NCBI GenBank assembly: GCA_051294375.1
Contig: CM119263.1
Span: forward strand, 11,633,130 to 11,697,129
DNA from: Paraspadella gotoi
Lineage: Eukaryota > Animalia > Chaetognatha
Direction of reading: 5' to 3'
Length of the DNA: 64,000 nt
The notes under the pieces are model-generated. The model worked only from the letters and a program-made list of their open reading frames with translations, was not told where the DNA came from and did not search any database. Shown here one piece after another: positions 25,631 to 39,200 of this stretch. Every line of letters begins with the position of its first letter. The stretch's first letter is position 1. A program made the position numbers and the translations under genes.

Positions 25631-28178
25631 GTTCTCCCTTCGACCCTTTGACCCTCAGTGTTTCCGTTAAGTTTGTTGTCGGTTGCGTTTATTTCTTTTC
25701 CACCTCTCGTCGGCCCGGCTCCCCTTCCCCATTCAGAATCCGGGTTCTCCATTCAGAATTCCTAATCCCGGTTCTCAATTCAGAATTCTGAATGCCGGCT
25801 CCCTATTCTTACTCGAGAGGAGAACATGATTTTTCGATATCAAAGACTTTTTTGTCAACAAGGACGTCGTGTAATTACTCCCCCCTCCACAGAAAAAAAA
25901 ATAGACAAGGAAAAGATGAAAAAGGAAAGAAGAGAAAAAATAAAACCCAAGTTTTACATTTCTATGTATGTATTTATTTTAATATTTTATTCTTGAAGTT
26001 ATGTTAAATTTATTTAATTTAAAAGTGATTTATTTGTTTTTCTCTATTTTCGTTAAATATGAAAATTTAAATTTAACCGCTTAACGTTTTTGTAGCTTTT
26101 CTTCTCGTGATTTGTCTTTTGGGTGTGAAACTCACTGAGATTCTCTGCTTTATGCTGATCCCTGATCCGTGAATCCTGACCTGACCTGAACTATGACCCA
26201 ATGACCCGTCTTCAATCTTGACGCATCTGCTCATGACCAATAAGGTGTGCCAGAATTTCACGAAGAGTTATCCCATATAATGTCCTTCTAATAAAATCGA
26301 TTTTAATTGTAAAACTTTAAATTGATTCAGTCTATTGACGCTCTGAAGCATTTAAGTATTTCATAGTATGTGAAAACTTTTTTTGCAAAACATTTTAACT
26401 TTTAATAACGAATACTGATAGAGGTCCAAAAGGTAAAGAAAATGTTGATAATAAGTTGTCAAAAAAATAAAAAAAAGTTATCACTATATCGTCAATTGAC
26501 GAATTTGATCTTTTCTTTAATTTTTACAGATAAAAAATGAGAGACAAATTTTGAAAGAGATGTAACAACGATTTTTATTTTCATTCGTTGTTGAATCTCT
26601 TTCAAAATTTGAATCTAATTTTAAAAACACAACGAAAGAAATGATATTACACAAAAGATAAAAAATTAAGATTAAAAAAATTGTAATAATATAATCTTTT
26701 ATATTTGTAACTTTTTGAGCTCCATCAGAATTCGATAGAAAAAATCTTTAAATCTCCAATTGTGACAATATCTAGTATATGAGAGAGTTTTCAGTCTGTT
26801 CCACCTTAATGACCAATGACCAACCCTCCCGCTTTTCTGGGTCGAATTCCCATCTCTCCCTCAAAGTCAAAGATAATTAATTCCCTTCTTCACGAATCCC
26901 TCTGCTTTTTTAAATGTGTTGTCAAAGCTTTTTTTAGAAACGTGTCGCTCAGGCAGAACAGAGTCTCCTCGTGAAGAAGTTTGTGCAAAATCGAGTCAAC
27001 CTGTTGTATCACGGCCTCAACCATTTCTTTGGACGACGACCCTGTCTGCTTTCTCGCATCGCACGATATCGCTTTATCACCTCGGTTCCTTCCCATGAGC
27101 GACCTGACACGGTTTTTTCTTGAGACTTTCGTGGCGTCCACTTTCTTACTTTCTCTCAGCATTCACCCAACACATTTTCTCACCTTTGTGTTTAAAGAAT
27201 ATCCTTTCTTTTTCGTAACTCAATTAAAAACATTGCATCGGTGATAGTGATCTTTCACAACTTCATCTTTATCCAATATTCTTCCTTTTTCCAGGTTCCC
27301 CGTAACCGCAACGTTTAACCCCAGACCTTTTCCCCACCCTTCACCCCAACCAAGCAGCCCTCTTACTAAAAACTCTTTTCACGCCAACACGTGATTCTTC
27401 ACACGCTGCGCCTTCTCAGTTTTGTTGTCTAAAACGTTTTTCTTTTGTCTCACGACTCGTTGCAATCTCCATGCCTCGGTTTTGCCGAACAAGTTCGTCT
27501 CGAACTCCACATGTATTAAAACTAAATCCCGGAGTTATGTGAAAATTGTTTTCCCTTTACGCTTTTGAATTTGAAATCACTTTAAAGCGAAACGAGTAAA
27601 CAAAATAAATTAGAAGGAAAACACATCTCTTTTCTTTCACTCAAAAAAAAGAAACAAAAAAGTAAAAGAAAAAAAAACATTAAGTTATGAAATCGCGCTG
27701 AAACTAGTCGACTCAAAACGGAAGTAAGAACGAACGACCGACCTGTAAAAATATCAAGTCGACAAGATAAAAACTAAAGAACTTCCCCGGAATTTAATGT
27801 CAGCAATTAAACAAAAGACGTTCCTCGTATTTTTTTACGAGATATCGTTAGCCGTAGCCGCGGAAAATAAACCGAGTTGGCCACGAGGCGCCTTCATGAC
27901 GCGTTTCTATGGTAACTTCGTCCTCCCGCTTTTCACGAGCCAGAAAAAAAAAGCTTGACGCGGTTTATTTTTCATTAGCGTCCTGGATGACAGAGCTATT
28001 TTTTTGAATTATTCAAAACCAACAAGCCAATAAAAAATGCATTTTTTTTCATACGATTCTCATATTCCGAAAAAAAAAATGAAGAGCCGATGAAATGGAC
28101 TAGTTCGAGTGACCGAGCACGTTTTCGATAATTACTCCCTCTTTTCGCTCCATATATTCTAACTTCCCTGCGACTTAC

Positions 28179-28215
28179 CCACAAGAAGGGCCAAGATAAA
28201 ACTCGTCGTCTTCAT
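28179..28215 (-). CDS. Exon 1 (signal peptide) of the Asn/Cys-rich prepropeptide
   Basis: ATG AAG ACG ACG AGT TTT ATC TTG GCC CTT CTT GTG G|GTAAGT = MKTTSFILALLV plus a phase-1 donor. Joins exon 2 in frame to give the signal peptide MKTTSFILALLVGLLMVFSVES. Confidence 0.8.
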
Positions 28216-28589
28216 AGTGACTTTATTCGTTCGATTCTTTTTCGGTGAAGCAAAAGTAAAATGCGAAAGAATTTACTCGCAGCTTACCCGAGAATGTTTG
28301 CCTATTAAGTATTTTATTCTGCGAGGAGAATTTTCGGGATCGACGTTGATTTTAAGTTCAATAAAAGATAAGGTTTTGTTGACTTGGCGTCTCGGGTTTT
28401 ATTTGCGAATTCGTTGCCCTATGAAGTTGAAGTGAAAATAGTGCGAGGAAAAAAAAAGGAATGTTTAAATTTAGTTCTCGAGTATAGAAATAACATACGT
28501 ACGGTTATAGAATCTTTATTACAATTTTGTGTTAGTTCCCTTCATCATCTGAATTTTGTTTAATATGTAATACAAGTTGCTATTGTTAT

Positions 28590-28972
28590 AACAAGAACGG
28601 TATTTCCAAAGTGTTGCGCCGCAGTGACTTTATTTTCACGTGTATTTCCTTTTGATCACATGATATGACATGACATTACATGACTAAAAACACTTTTTTG
28701 CTCATGAATTTATGACATGCACTGCATAAAAATTCCGTCTTTTATTCTTTATAATTTTATGAATTCCTAAAGGTGGCCCTTACAGTCCCTTAGATTTTAG
28801 GTTTTTTCTGTCTTAACAAATGAGCAATCACCTATAAAAAAATAATATGCATTTTTAATGTAAGTGGGACAGACCGACGGAGCGACATACCGGCAGACCG
28901 ACTGACAGACGGACCGACCGACCGAAAAATAACTTATTGAGTTGCTCCGCGAGTACTCGCGGCGCAACTAAA
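28590..28972 (-). mobile_element. DINE-1/Helentron-like non-autonomous element, near full length
   Basis: AACAAGAACGGTA end, GACC/GACA microsatellite, terminal hairpin AGTTGC-TCCGCGAGTACTCGCGGC-GCAACT; at least 5 related copies in the window. Superfamily assignment is by architecture only. Confidence 0.72.
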
Positions 28973-31668
28973 AAGCGGAACCTCTATTGAAAAATGGGCT
29001 GCAGATTTTCAATCCAAAAAAGGAAATTATAATATATTTCTAAAAAGTGGGTCGATTGGCATTGTTGCCAAAGTAGCCTTCCCATCATAGATATCAGTAC
29101 CAGCGGATTGTTTTCGCCTTTTGGAGCCAAACGCCATCTCATGCGGACAAAACATTACATACAAACAAAAGCTGCCCGTTGTCTTCTTCTTCGCGGCTCT
29201 GAAATTCCCGACGGCTCGCGCATATCGATTCCGATAAAGAGACCGAAACTTTCTTCACAGTCTCACGATTCTTATTCCTCACTCCTCCCTCCTCACCTTT
29301 CCTTATCTCTCTCACCCAATAAGTGAGAAACCGGCCAGACTTGATTCCGTGACAGAGACATTAAGGCAAAACGCAAAAGTGACAAATTGGTTTTCTTCCT
29401 TTTTTTTTTTTTTTTGAGCCTCCAAATTAAAAGGTTAGTGCGTCTCTCCTTTCTCTCAGGAAAAAAAACAGGAAAGAAGAAAGGTGATGGACAGGACTGA
29501 TGAACCCGAGTAATTTTCGGCATTCTTCTTTTATCTGTTTTTCGACTTGGATGTTGTATAAGTTATACACGGGAAAACGTTGATAATTCTGTGCTTGACT
29601 CGCTCATCGCTTCACAATATCAAGCGAATTTCCATGTGAGGACAGATCGAGTCTCGTGTTTCCTCTTTTTTTTTTAAGACTCAACGTATCGTCTGGTTCC
29701 TCGCCCCAATCCCCTTCGCTCGATGCTTCTCGGGTTAGCGAGGCGATCCTCATTTGGGGCCAAGAAAGACGACGACTCGTAAAAAAGGCATCCATTTTAC
29801 ATCATTATGCCGCCTTTAACGACTCCGGAATCCATTACGTCATCGGAAGAGGCCGTCGGCGTCGCTTCTTTTGTTTACTCGGAAAAACTGGCGAGAGAAA
29901 ATAAAAAAAAAAGAACATCGCCCGAGTCGTGGTCGGTTTCGTGGTTATGGTTACGATTGCTGAAGACGATGAAATTATTGAAAAAAAAAAAAAAAAAAAA
30001 AACGAATTGGTTTGTCCACCGGGATATGATAACTGTCACGACATTAAATCACGACATAGCAACTTTGACAGGTTGCTCAATGCTCATACTCCTTCGAAGT
30101 CACGAAGGACTTGCGCTACGACGTCATTGCCATCGTCTTCGTCGCCGTTCAACGTCGTCGTCAACGGAAATACTGTGAACGCGTCGTAATTTACTCGGGA
30201 AAATAATTGATTCGCTCTCACTGCTCCGCCGCTGGCAGCGTCTCCTTTTCGAAAATAAAACATGACGTCTTCGTCGTCGTCGTTTTCGATATAATTGTTA
30301 ATCTTGTTGTTGCGCTGGAGTCGCGTCTTTTGTTTACGCCTCCGCTTTTCCCGTTCCGTTGCTTCACAAATCATCGAATGCAAACAACTAGAGATCTCCT
30401 CTCGCTCTCTGTCTCTCTCTCTCCCTTTCTCTCTTCTCAAAGGGGGAAAAAAGAAAAGAAAAGAAAAGAAAAACCAAGAGGAGATTTTGATTCTCTTTTC
30501 CCAACAACGGAATTCGTAATAATATTCTTGCGGAAGGCGAAGGGCGGAGAAAGAGAGAGAGAGAAAAAGGGAGAGCGAGAGTTTGGTGCGTTAGGGGGAG
30601 CTCAGGAGAAATAGATTGCTCTTGGTAGATGAAGCAACGCCGGCCATGTTGGAAAAGAATGGAAAAACGGCTGATGAGTTTGAAGAAATGAGACAAAAAG
30701 ATAAAAGAAAGAAAGGCAAGTAAGAAAAAAAATGGGGCGAGAAAGAATTGAAAAGCGAAAAAAACAACCAAACTTATCCGAAAGAGAAAAGAGCAAAGAG
30801 ACTACTATCAGTCAATCAGCGTAGGCAGCTTTTGCACCAATTACGTCCCTGGTGAACGAACACTACCGGTTCACATATATTTTTCACTTTCCTGGCGGCT
30901 TCTGATTCCCAGTCCCATTCACCTTCTTCCGCGGTCTGACCAACGCCCTCTCTGTCCGCCGATCAGTTTCACGAGTTCCTTTCACCATTTGAGAGTCTTC
31001 ACCGAAAGGAGAAGTTAAAGACGACGACGACGACGACGACGACGACGAATTCGTTTAAGTGAACGAGGTTCGTCGCGTGAAACGTCGAGCCTACTTCCTT
31101 CCTTTTACGGGGAAAGGGTTAATGCGATTAAGAGGCCAGTGGCGTTGGCGGCAAGAACGACGACGACGACGAATACGACGACGACGAAGCTGATTAATGA
31201 TTATATAGGAGAGAAAATGAATTTGACGACGAAAGAAGAATTCGAATTCACTAGGCCCTTCTATCTAACTATTGATACATGAAGTGTATAGACACCAATG
31301 CATTTAGGTTCAGTTGCTTATAAATCTTTCAGTTGGAACGGTCCTTCGAGGACAGCATCCACCGTCACACCTTTTTTAAGTTATTGTGATAAACTTCCCT
31401 TCATTAATCATATGGACACAGGACGAATCCACCTTCTGTTCCCATTCAATTTCATTTTCATGGTCCATACGTCACAACGGGTTTTTAAAACTATCTCTCT
31501 ATACACGAAAAAAGTGAATCTTTAAAAAATCGGAATAACTCTCCATTAATTTTTGGGATACCCAGGACATAAAATCGTTTCGTTTAAAATTATTTTCATG
31601 CCAGAAATCGCGGAGAAGTGAATTACTAAACGTAAGACGCTAAATCAAACTAATTTAACAAATTTACG

Positions 31669-31844
31669 GTGACGCCTCCAGTCACTGGCGCGGTTACCCT
31701 AGGACGGTCTCGCTTTGCCAACGCAGAGGGAAGTCGTGAAGACTGTGGATGGAACACTACGCCTGTGATGGTGTGTTCCCCCTCTGAGCCAATGTATTTG
31801 GCTGAAGGATGGTGGACGTGAGGCGGTGTGAATATACCGCGACA
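31669..31844 (-). mobile_element. Truncated copy (5' ~176 bp) of the 47105-47359 LTR
   Basis: Near-identical reverse complement of 47105-47280 (few substitutions). Confidence 0.9.
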
Positions 31845-32524
31845 GGTGTTCGTTTTTCAGCCGTCCTGGTTAGTGTTTAGTGTTTAATGTTTTCAAATGA
31901 AAGTAATGAAACTAAAAATGGATCCAAACTGGAGGAAATTTCGGAGACTCACGAAAAAGTCGATGAGAATGGAAAGAGGAAAATTGCTTCGAAGAGGAAA
32001 AACGAAAATGGATAATGACTTGAAGGAAAANNNNNNNNNNNNNNNNNNNNNNNNNNNNNNNNNNNNNNNNNNNNNNNNNNNNNNNNNNNNNNNNNNNNNN
32101 NNNNNNNNNNNNNNNNNNNNNNNNNNNNNNNNNNNNNNNNNNNNNNNNNNNNNNNNNNNNNNNNNNNNNNNNNNNNNNNNNNNNNGGGGGGGGGTAAGTG
32201 ACGCTCGACGGAGTGGAATGCCGTTTCAGCGAAAACGGAAGGAGTAAGAGGGACAGAGAGAGAGACAAAGAGAGAGACAGAATTATATATAAATATGTAT
32301 AATATATGAACGAATCCACATAATATATATATATATAAACTAATTTTTCACTACTTGTATTTCTCTATTTGCACTAAATGAGGTACAACTTTATTCCTCG
32401 TCGGATTTTAATTCAAGAAGTTTTAACAAAAACTATGAAAGTCTTGCCCAAAGTCAAATGGCTTGCGAACGACCCTGATTTATTTTTCGAGACATGTTTT
32501 GGCCTCCGGTTTTTGAGGGAGAAA

Positions 32525-32603
<79 letters not shown>

Positions 32604-32613
32604 AGAGAGAGAG

Positions 32614-32651
<38 letters not shown>

Positions 32652-33851
32652 TAGAGAAAATTCTTTTATTATGAAATCAAAACCGACAGCGGTTTTTGGC
32701 CAAGGAAAAGGCAAGGTTGCATTCCAAAGTATTATCTACGAATTTTCAGTTATTTTGAATCTTGAACGTGATATATATTTTAATAAAAATAAACTTGTAT
32801 AGGAGCTCCTGATAACAATTTATCTATTGCAAATACATTTTTTATAATACAAATCAAATTTAAAAGAAAAATGACTTCTGCTCAGTTTTTTTTTCTCATT
32901 TTAGTTATTTTTGAGTTATATTTGTTTAAAAATAATTTGTCTCCAGCCTAATGAGAGTAACTTTGTAATTGATGCCGAAACCAAAAATTAAAGCGAAATC
33001 GGTTCTCTTGCAGTTTAGGATTGATCAACGCCCGTTGACAAAAGAGCATCGGCAAATGATGAAAACAAAAGAGACGGGTCGCCACGGGGAACATTTCTCT
33101 TAGTCTTACCGGACTCAATCAATCTCGCTTTTCCGATTTTCGCCCTCTTTAATGGGTATTACTACATAGACATTATTGGACAGGACGAACAAATCGTAGA
33201 TACAAAGAAATTTCCTATTCTGGTGAATGTTTTTTATTATGTTGAATTTCAACTTGATTCCAAGACGAGATGGTTTGCTTTAAAGAGAACGGCTTCGTGC
33301 CGTTGTTTTCACCTTGCCGTTTTCCACGCTTAAAGTAAAGAAAAGATTTACACAAAAACCCAGAGACGAAGGTAAACAAACGATTACCGAGGACAGATGG
33401 CGCATCGATCACGCCAAGTCTGATCCCGGCGTCGTTTCCGGGTTCACCTGAGCGCCATCAGTGATGCTGTACGTAATGCATCCGCCGCTCGCGACTTTCT
33501 CGTATCGATCAAATTTTTGGGAAAATTTCTTTGCAGGAGATAATGGTTTGCATAATTTTTCACTGCATTTCTCGTGACGTTAATTGATTAAGTCAAGATT
33601 CGAATTTTATGGACCTTTATTTATGGAATAGGGATTGACAACAAAGTTTTTGCGACCTACTGCCAACCTCTTAAGGGTGGGCTAAACTAACTTTGCCGCG
33701 ATCTCGCACCAACTGAGACCACTTCGTTATGACCCAATGTCACGAGCGCGCGATCGAAACGACCATGGGTCACCTGACATCTCTTGACTTTGGCCAGAAA
33801 ATCGCAACGTCGCTTTAAACGTCATTCCTTGATGGATTCGCTCGCTCCCGA

Positions 33852-33907
<56 letters not shown>

Positions 33908-34286
33908 ACAAAATAGACAATGCCAAACGCAAAAACCTGGATATTAAACTCCCCTTTAATTTCAATTCATTTCATTTCAATTCGTCCGGCAGGAAGAAAA
34001 GTAATTTTGACCCGTACATACTTAATTTAAAAAAAAAAGGAAAAAAAAAGGTGCGATTTATAGAAAAATCTGGGACGAGAGGAATAATAAAGACAAAGAA
34101 AGAAGAAAAAGAGCAGAGGAACCATTAACAAAAAACAAAAAAAACTATGAAAAAAGAGGGGGAAAAAAAAAAAGAAATAAAGAAAAGGAAAAGTGACGGA
34201 AGGACGTTCCAACGGCGAACCTTCACCGCTCGAATTCGAGGTTGGCTATTCACTCAATCTTCGTCTCTCCTAAACTCAATCTTCTG

Positions 34287-34372
<86 letters not shown>

Positions 34373-35924
34373 AAAGAAAATTTTTCGCTCTGAAGAACAT
34401 ATTTCCCTTCGCTCGAATTAAACCTCAAAAGCCTCGATCAAAAAAAATACCCCGACCAAAATGGAACATGACGAGCTCGACGATAATTTTCAAAACATTC
34501 ACTATGATTTAATATCCTANNNNNNNNNNAATATTGAGTAATTGACGCCTTATTTCTCGTAGCTTTTATTATCAAAAAAGGAGTAATGTGATTGATTTAT
34601 TTTTTCCCAAAACACCATCCCGTTTTCATATTTTCATATTCTTGTATTCTTTTATCTTTCGTTGGTTCTTGCAATGATTTGGCCTCGGAACTCGTCACGC
34701 GAAAATTTGAAATGGCAATGGTTTTATGACTTGCTTCTTCATCTTTCCGCCTCTTTCCTCGCATCCGGAAGACGTTTTATTCACGTTTTCCTCATTTTTT
34801 TGTGAAGCTTTTATGACTAACACCGAGGTGAGATGTTTTGATTTCGAATGGATGTTTTATGAATTCTATAACAGTGTGATGATATTGAGATCGTCATAAG
34901 TACCGAATGGAGCTCTCGAAAGTCTGACGATATCTGAATGAAAAAGCCGGAGGAGTCCAATATTGCGTCTTACATATTGGAGGAAAGACGATGGTTGCTG
35001 AACTCGGGATGAACCCTTAACCTCCTTTTTCTCTAAAGTTATTTCATCTTACAGGCTGCCGAATAACGTTTAAGTTATATTCAAACAGAATGTAATTCAG
35101 TATTGTTTGGTTTTTCTTTCATATTTTATAATTTGAATAAAAACTAAGATAACCGTAAAAAAAAAACCTATCAGGCAAATCAGCGACTCCAAAAATAATA
35201 TATGGATGTTTGAAAGCTTGCAGGGACTTGCTATGTCATTATCTTGTTAGAGTGATGGAGGCCTTAAACAAACCAAAGCCTGTCCAAAGTCGGGGGCAAT
35301 ATAGCTTATCTATTAAATGAATGAATAATTTTTATATTGGTTGTACCAATTTTATATATTTACTAGTATCTGTGAAATAGTTATTTTAATACTAATACTT
35401 AATTTACATTTTCTACTTTTCATTGAACGCAAGTTTTCCTATATTTTTTAGGGCTAACGTAGAAGCAAAAAAAAAACAAATAAAAAAAACAACGGCCCTG
35501 AAGATAGAAGAAAAAAAAAGGGGGGAAAAAAAGGAAAGGTTGCAGCTGAAAGACGTCAAGTAGAAAAAATAGTGATTTATCTCCCTCGAGTTTCTAGTTT
35601 AAGGACGACGCCGGAAGTGGCGCCGCGTAATTGCCGGCGTCGCCGTATCGATGGTAACGACCCCGCCGCTCCGTGTCGTCGTTCACTCGGCGTCGGCGCT
35701 GTCGGGCGTCGGTTTAAGCCGACGGGCTGATGTAGCGCGCGACCTTCGTTTCGCCAGCCGCTTGAAGGAGAAAGCCGAACACACGACTCACGTGACTCTA
35801 ATTAACAGTAATTTCGAACATCGACTCTTGAAAACAAGCACAAGAGACGGTGTGATTTTGTCCTAAATAATAGCCGAAAACTACGTATATATAGTTATAA
35901 TTTATATACGTATATTCTTTGAAT

Positions 35925-36266
35925 TATGATGGACTAAAATCCACCAACCGTTTATCATCGGCCATTGGTGCAGGAGGCAAGTCGTTCGCCTCCCAACACA
36001 AAGGTCCGGGGTTCTAACCCAGTGGTCGTCTGACAGTTGAGAGGAACGGGACGCTTAACCGCCTATAAAAGGGTGTTACAGCCTGATCCGAAGCTCATGG
36101 ACTGCTTATATTTAACGGTTCGGTCACTAACTCATAACAATTACCACTGTCTCACAGTTAAGAGAGACCGGGCGCTGTCACACGGTGTTAGCCTATCCGA
36201 TGCTCATGGACTGCTTATATCGAACGGTTCTGTCACTAACACATAAAAATTATTTCTGCCTCTTCA
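35925..36266 (+). mobile_element. Short element with tRNA-like head (A/B-box-like), duplicated 3' module and 4-bp TSD
   Basis: TATGATGG...CTCTTCA flanked by GAAT (35921-24, 36267-70); head GGCCATTGGTGCAGGAGG...CGCCTCCCA...GGGGTTCTAACCCAGTGGTC resembles tRNA-Gly; second copy at 40782-40947 (-). Confidence 0.65.
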
Positions 36267-39200
36267 GAATCCAGTATTGCTTTTGATATTCATAAATAGA
36301 AGTGAAATACCAAGAGAATTTATGAACTACCGTTGTATGTATAAAAACTTTCTCAGTAAATTTTCTAAAGAAGAAAAAATAAAAAAGGAAAGCGGGCGGA
36401 TATCGACCTCTTGCCATGGTCAAAGAGTCTCATGGACTCTCCCCTGATGCTGTCGTCACCACCGTTAGCCCAGCAGCCACCTCCGCCAACGCCTCCGCCG
36501 CCATCCCTGTCCAAATTGACAGTGAATATTTAACCATGGGCTTATTTCGCGTTGTTTGTTGTCGCACGCAGAACAAAAAGTTCGCGGTAAATGGGTTTTC
36601 CCTTTTTTCTTTCCGGAGATTCGAGGACAATAAATAATCCAAATGTTTATATTTGGGTTTTTCAAAGTTCAAAGTGATAAAACGTGTTTAAGAAAAAAGG
36701 CGCCTTGTTTTACGACGCGCGATAAACGACATAAATAAGACGAAGCTCGCGCTTTTTCGAGGCCGAACAAAAAAAAAAAAGAGTTTCTTTTAGATTCTTT
36801 CATTCCAAGGAAGAACCATTTCTGAGAAATGATGGAAAACTTGGAGTCGAGGTCGATTACCGTTTTGGCGAAAGACTTGGCTCCCATTTCAGCGGGAAAA
36901 TCGAGTATCATTGAGGTCCTTTCTCAGTTGGCACCTTTGGATAGAATTTTGGGGAAAAGAGGCTATTTGGCTACGCGAATTCTCCCCAGTCTCCGCAACT
37001 CGTTCCTTGGCAGATGCCTTCCAAAGTTTTTCCCCTTGAGCGGCGAACCGACCAAGTCGCGCACGATTTACCAACCGAGGAAAATAAAAATTTGAACCGC
37101 CACTCAAAGTCAACCTGACGTTTTTACCGTCGCTGTCGTCGCAAAATTCAAAAGGCTCGTCTCAAAGCGCCGCCATTTTTTTTGTCCCGATCTCTAACGA
37201 TCCTCTTGCCGCCTGGTAGCGCGATCTACCAATCCTTCATTTATCATCTAATCATCGAAGCTCAACGCAGGAAGTCAATTTACTCATCACTTCTCTTCGT
37301 ACGTCAATTGCCAAGTGAGTCGATTCAGTGGATTATTTTTTTTTTTTTGCGCAGAGGAAACCCATCGATTGTTCACTTGATTCAGAAAGAGAGAGAGAGA
37401 GAGAGAGAGATGTAGAGAGAGAGAGAGAGAGAGAGAGTTGGGGAAGAAGGCGGCACTTTAAAACAGGTATAACTATAAATTTCATTCAGTCGCTTTAATT
37501 TTTAAACCGCATTTACATACAAATTAGTTTCGGCGAGGATATTCGGAGTCCGCGGCATCAGCGGCGTCGGCTGCGTCTGTGGCGTCGGCGGCTGTTTCGT
37601 CGGTCACGACTGCGTGTTTTAAAATCACTGATGAAACATTCGTTTTGCTCGTTTGCTTTCTTTTGTTGTTGTTTTTCCTTTTCCCCTTCCACTTGTTACT
37701 TACTCGTCTTAATTGCTTTCGAGGTTTTTTTTCTCCTTGTTGCGCTTTTGTTCGTAACGAATTACGAAGAGAAACGCCCTAAGCGTCGCGGGTCGCAGGT
37801 CGAAATCACGACAGTCTTGAGGTGCTAAAAACGAACTAGCTGCATGTGGTGGTTGAGGATAAGAAAAAATTTCGCTTCTGGCGGTGTCGTTGTTAACTTT
37901 TGATGGAAGCTCACAATTTTTTTAGAATTTCATTATTATAAATAATAAAATAAAATATAATGCTGGAGCTCAGTTCAAACAATAATTCCACTGGCCGAAT
38001 CCTTTAAAGTTCATCGACAAATTGTGCGTAAAATTTATGAAATATAATTAAAAACAATATTTAAACAAAGCCAAACGTCTTAATCTAAAATAGAAATAAA
38101 AACAACTCTGACTCTGAGTTTCATCAATCTCAATTTCAGGGAAAAACTCGTTTAATGTTCTCTTTACCTTGCCCTTTTTTCTTTTTTCTTTTTTCTTTTT
38201 TCTTTTTTCTTTTTTCTTTTTTCTTTTTTCTTTTTTCTTGAAAATAAAAAAAAATCCAAAAAAACCAATCTTATCTCTTTCGCTGCTTTTAGTTCGACAC
38301 TTTTTTTTCGTGCATTGCACATTTTTAAATGTGCAGCGAACAATGTTTTCGAGAGAAAGATTCAAGTACAGTATACTTTGTTTCGCGCCGACGGTGTGAC
38401 TTTCCTGCCTGGAAAATTATACTACTTTAATCAATCAGAATTCCGGTCGAGAGGAAAGCGGAGGCGAACGAGACCGAGAGAAGCGAGAATTTAATTTTTC
38501 AATCAGATCGTAACGAAGAAGCGAATTTCGGCAGTCGGCATGTTCCAGGAACAAACCTTCTTCGGGCGTCTGCTGTTTCAAAAAGATTCTGATTCTTTCC
38601 ATGCAGATGCAGAAACGGAGGCGACACAATGTCGGGGAGAAGAGACAAATGATTTCTAAAATTGTTTTCCTCCCCAAAACTTGACCATATTTTTGTTTTA
38701 CTTACTAGAATAGACTACAGTAAACTCCATAAAAATAAAAATAAATAATATGTACAATAAAATAACCTAACTTTTGTGTTTTTATACAACCAGGACAAAA
38801 CCACCATGAAATTGTATAGTTTGATTTATTTCAATGTATAATACATTGTCGTATACGTACCCAATACTTTGGAGGTTCGCATCGAAGCAACGCCTGTCAT
38901 AACCACCCTTTTCGCTTTTCTTCTCAGAAACCTCCGGTTTTATTTTCAGCTTCTAAACCAGAGACACAACGGGATTCCTCAGCCCCCGCTTCGTATTTGG
39001 AAAAGGAAAGGTGACTGTGACAGGCGCAATGACGGACGACTCCACCCTCACTCCTGCCGCACCGCTACCACCTTCTTCCCTCGAAATTTCTCCCGCGCCA
39101 CTGCCAGCTCTCTCACGAAGTGACATTTTCCCCGATCAACTTTCTCTTAGCCACAGTGGCGTTCGGGCGGCGCCAGAACCACCATCACACTGTGCAGTGT

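Noticed and set aside
36072-36139. HDV-like ribozyme (TGA-TCCGAAGC-TCA as P3/L3, CTAAC as J4/2)
   Set aside because: No convincing P1 and no P1.1 GG; kept only as an unclassified structured module.
38935-38949. RFYFQ peptide as afadin exon 2
   Set aside because: Flanks do not match LEFHGVM...DK and there is no RA-domain continuation; chance match.
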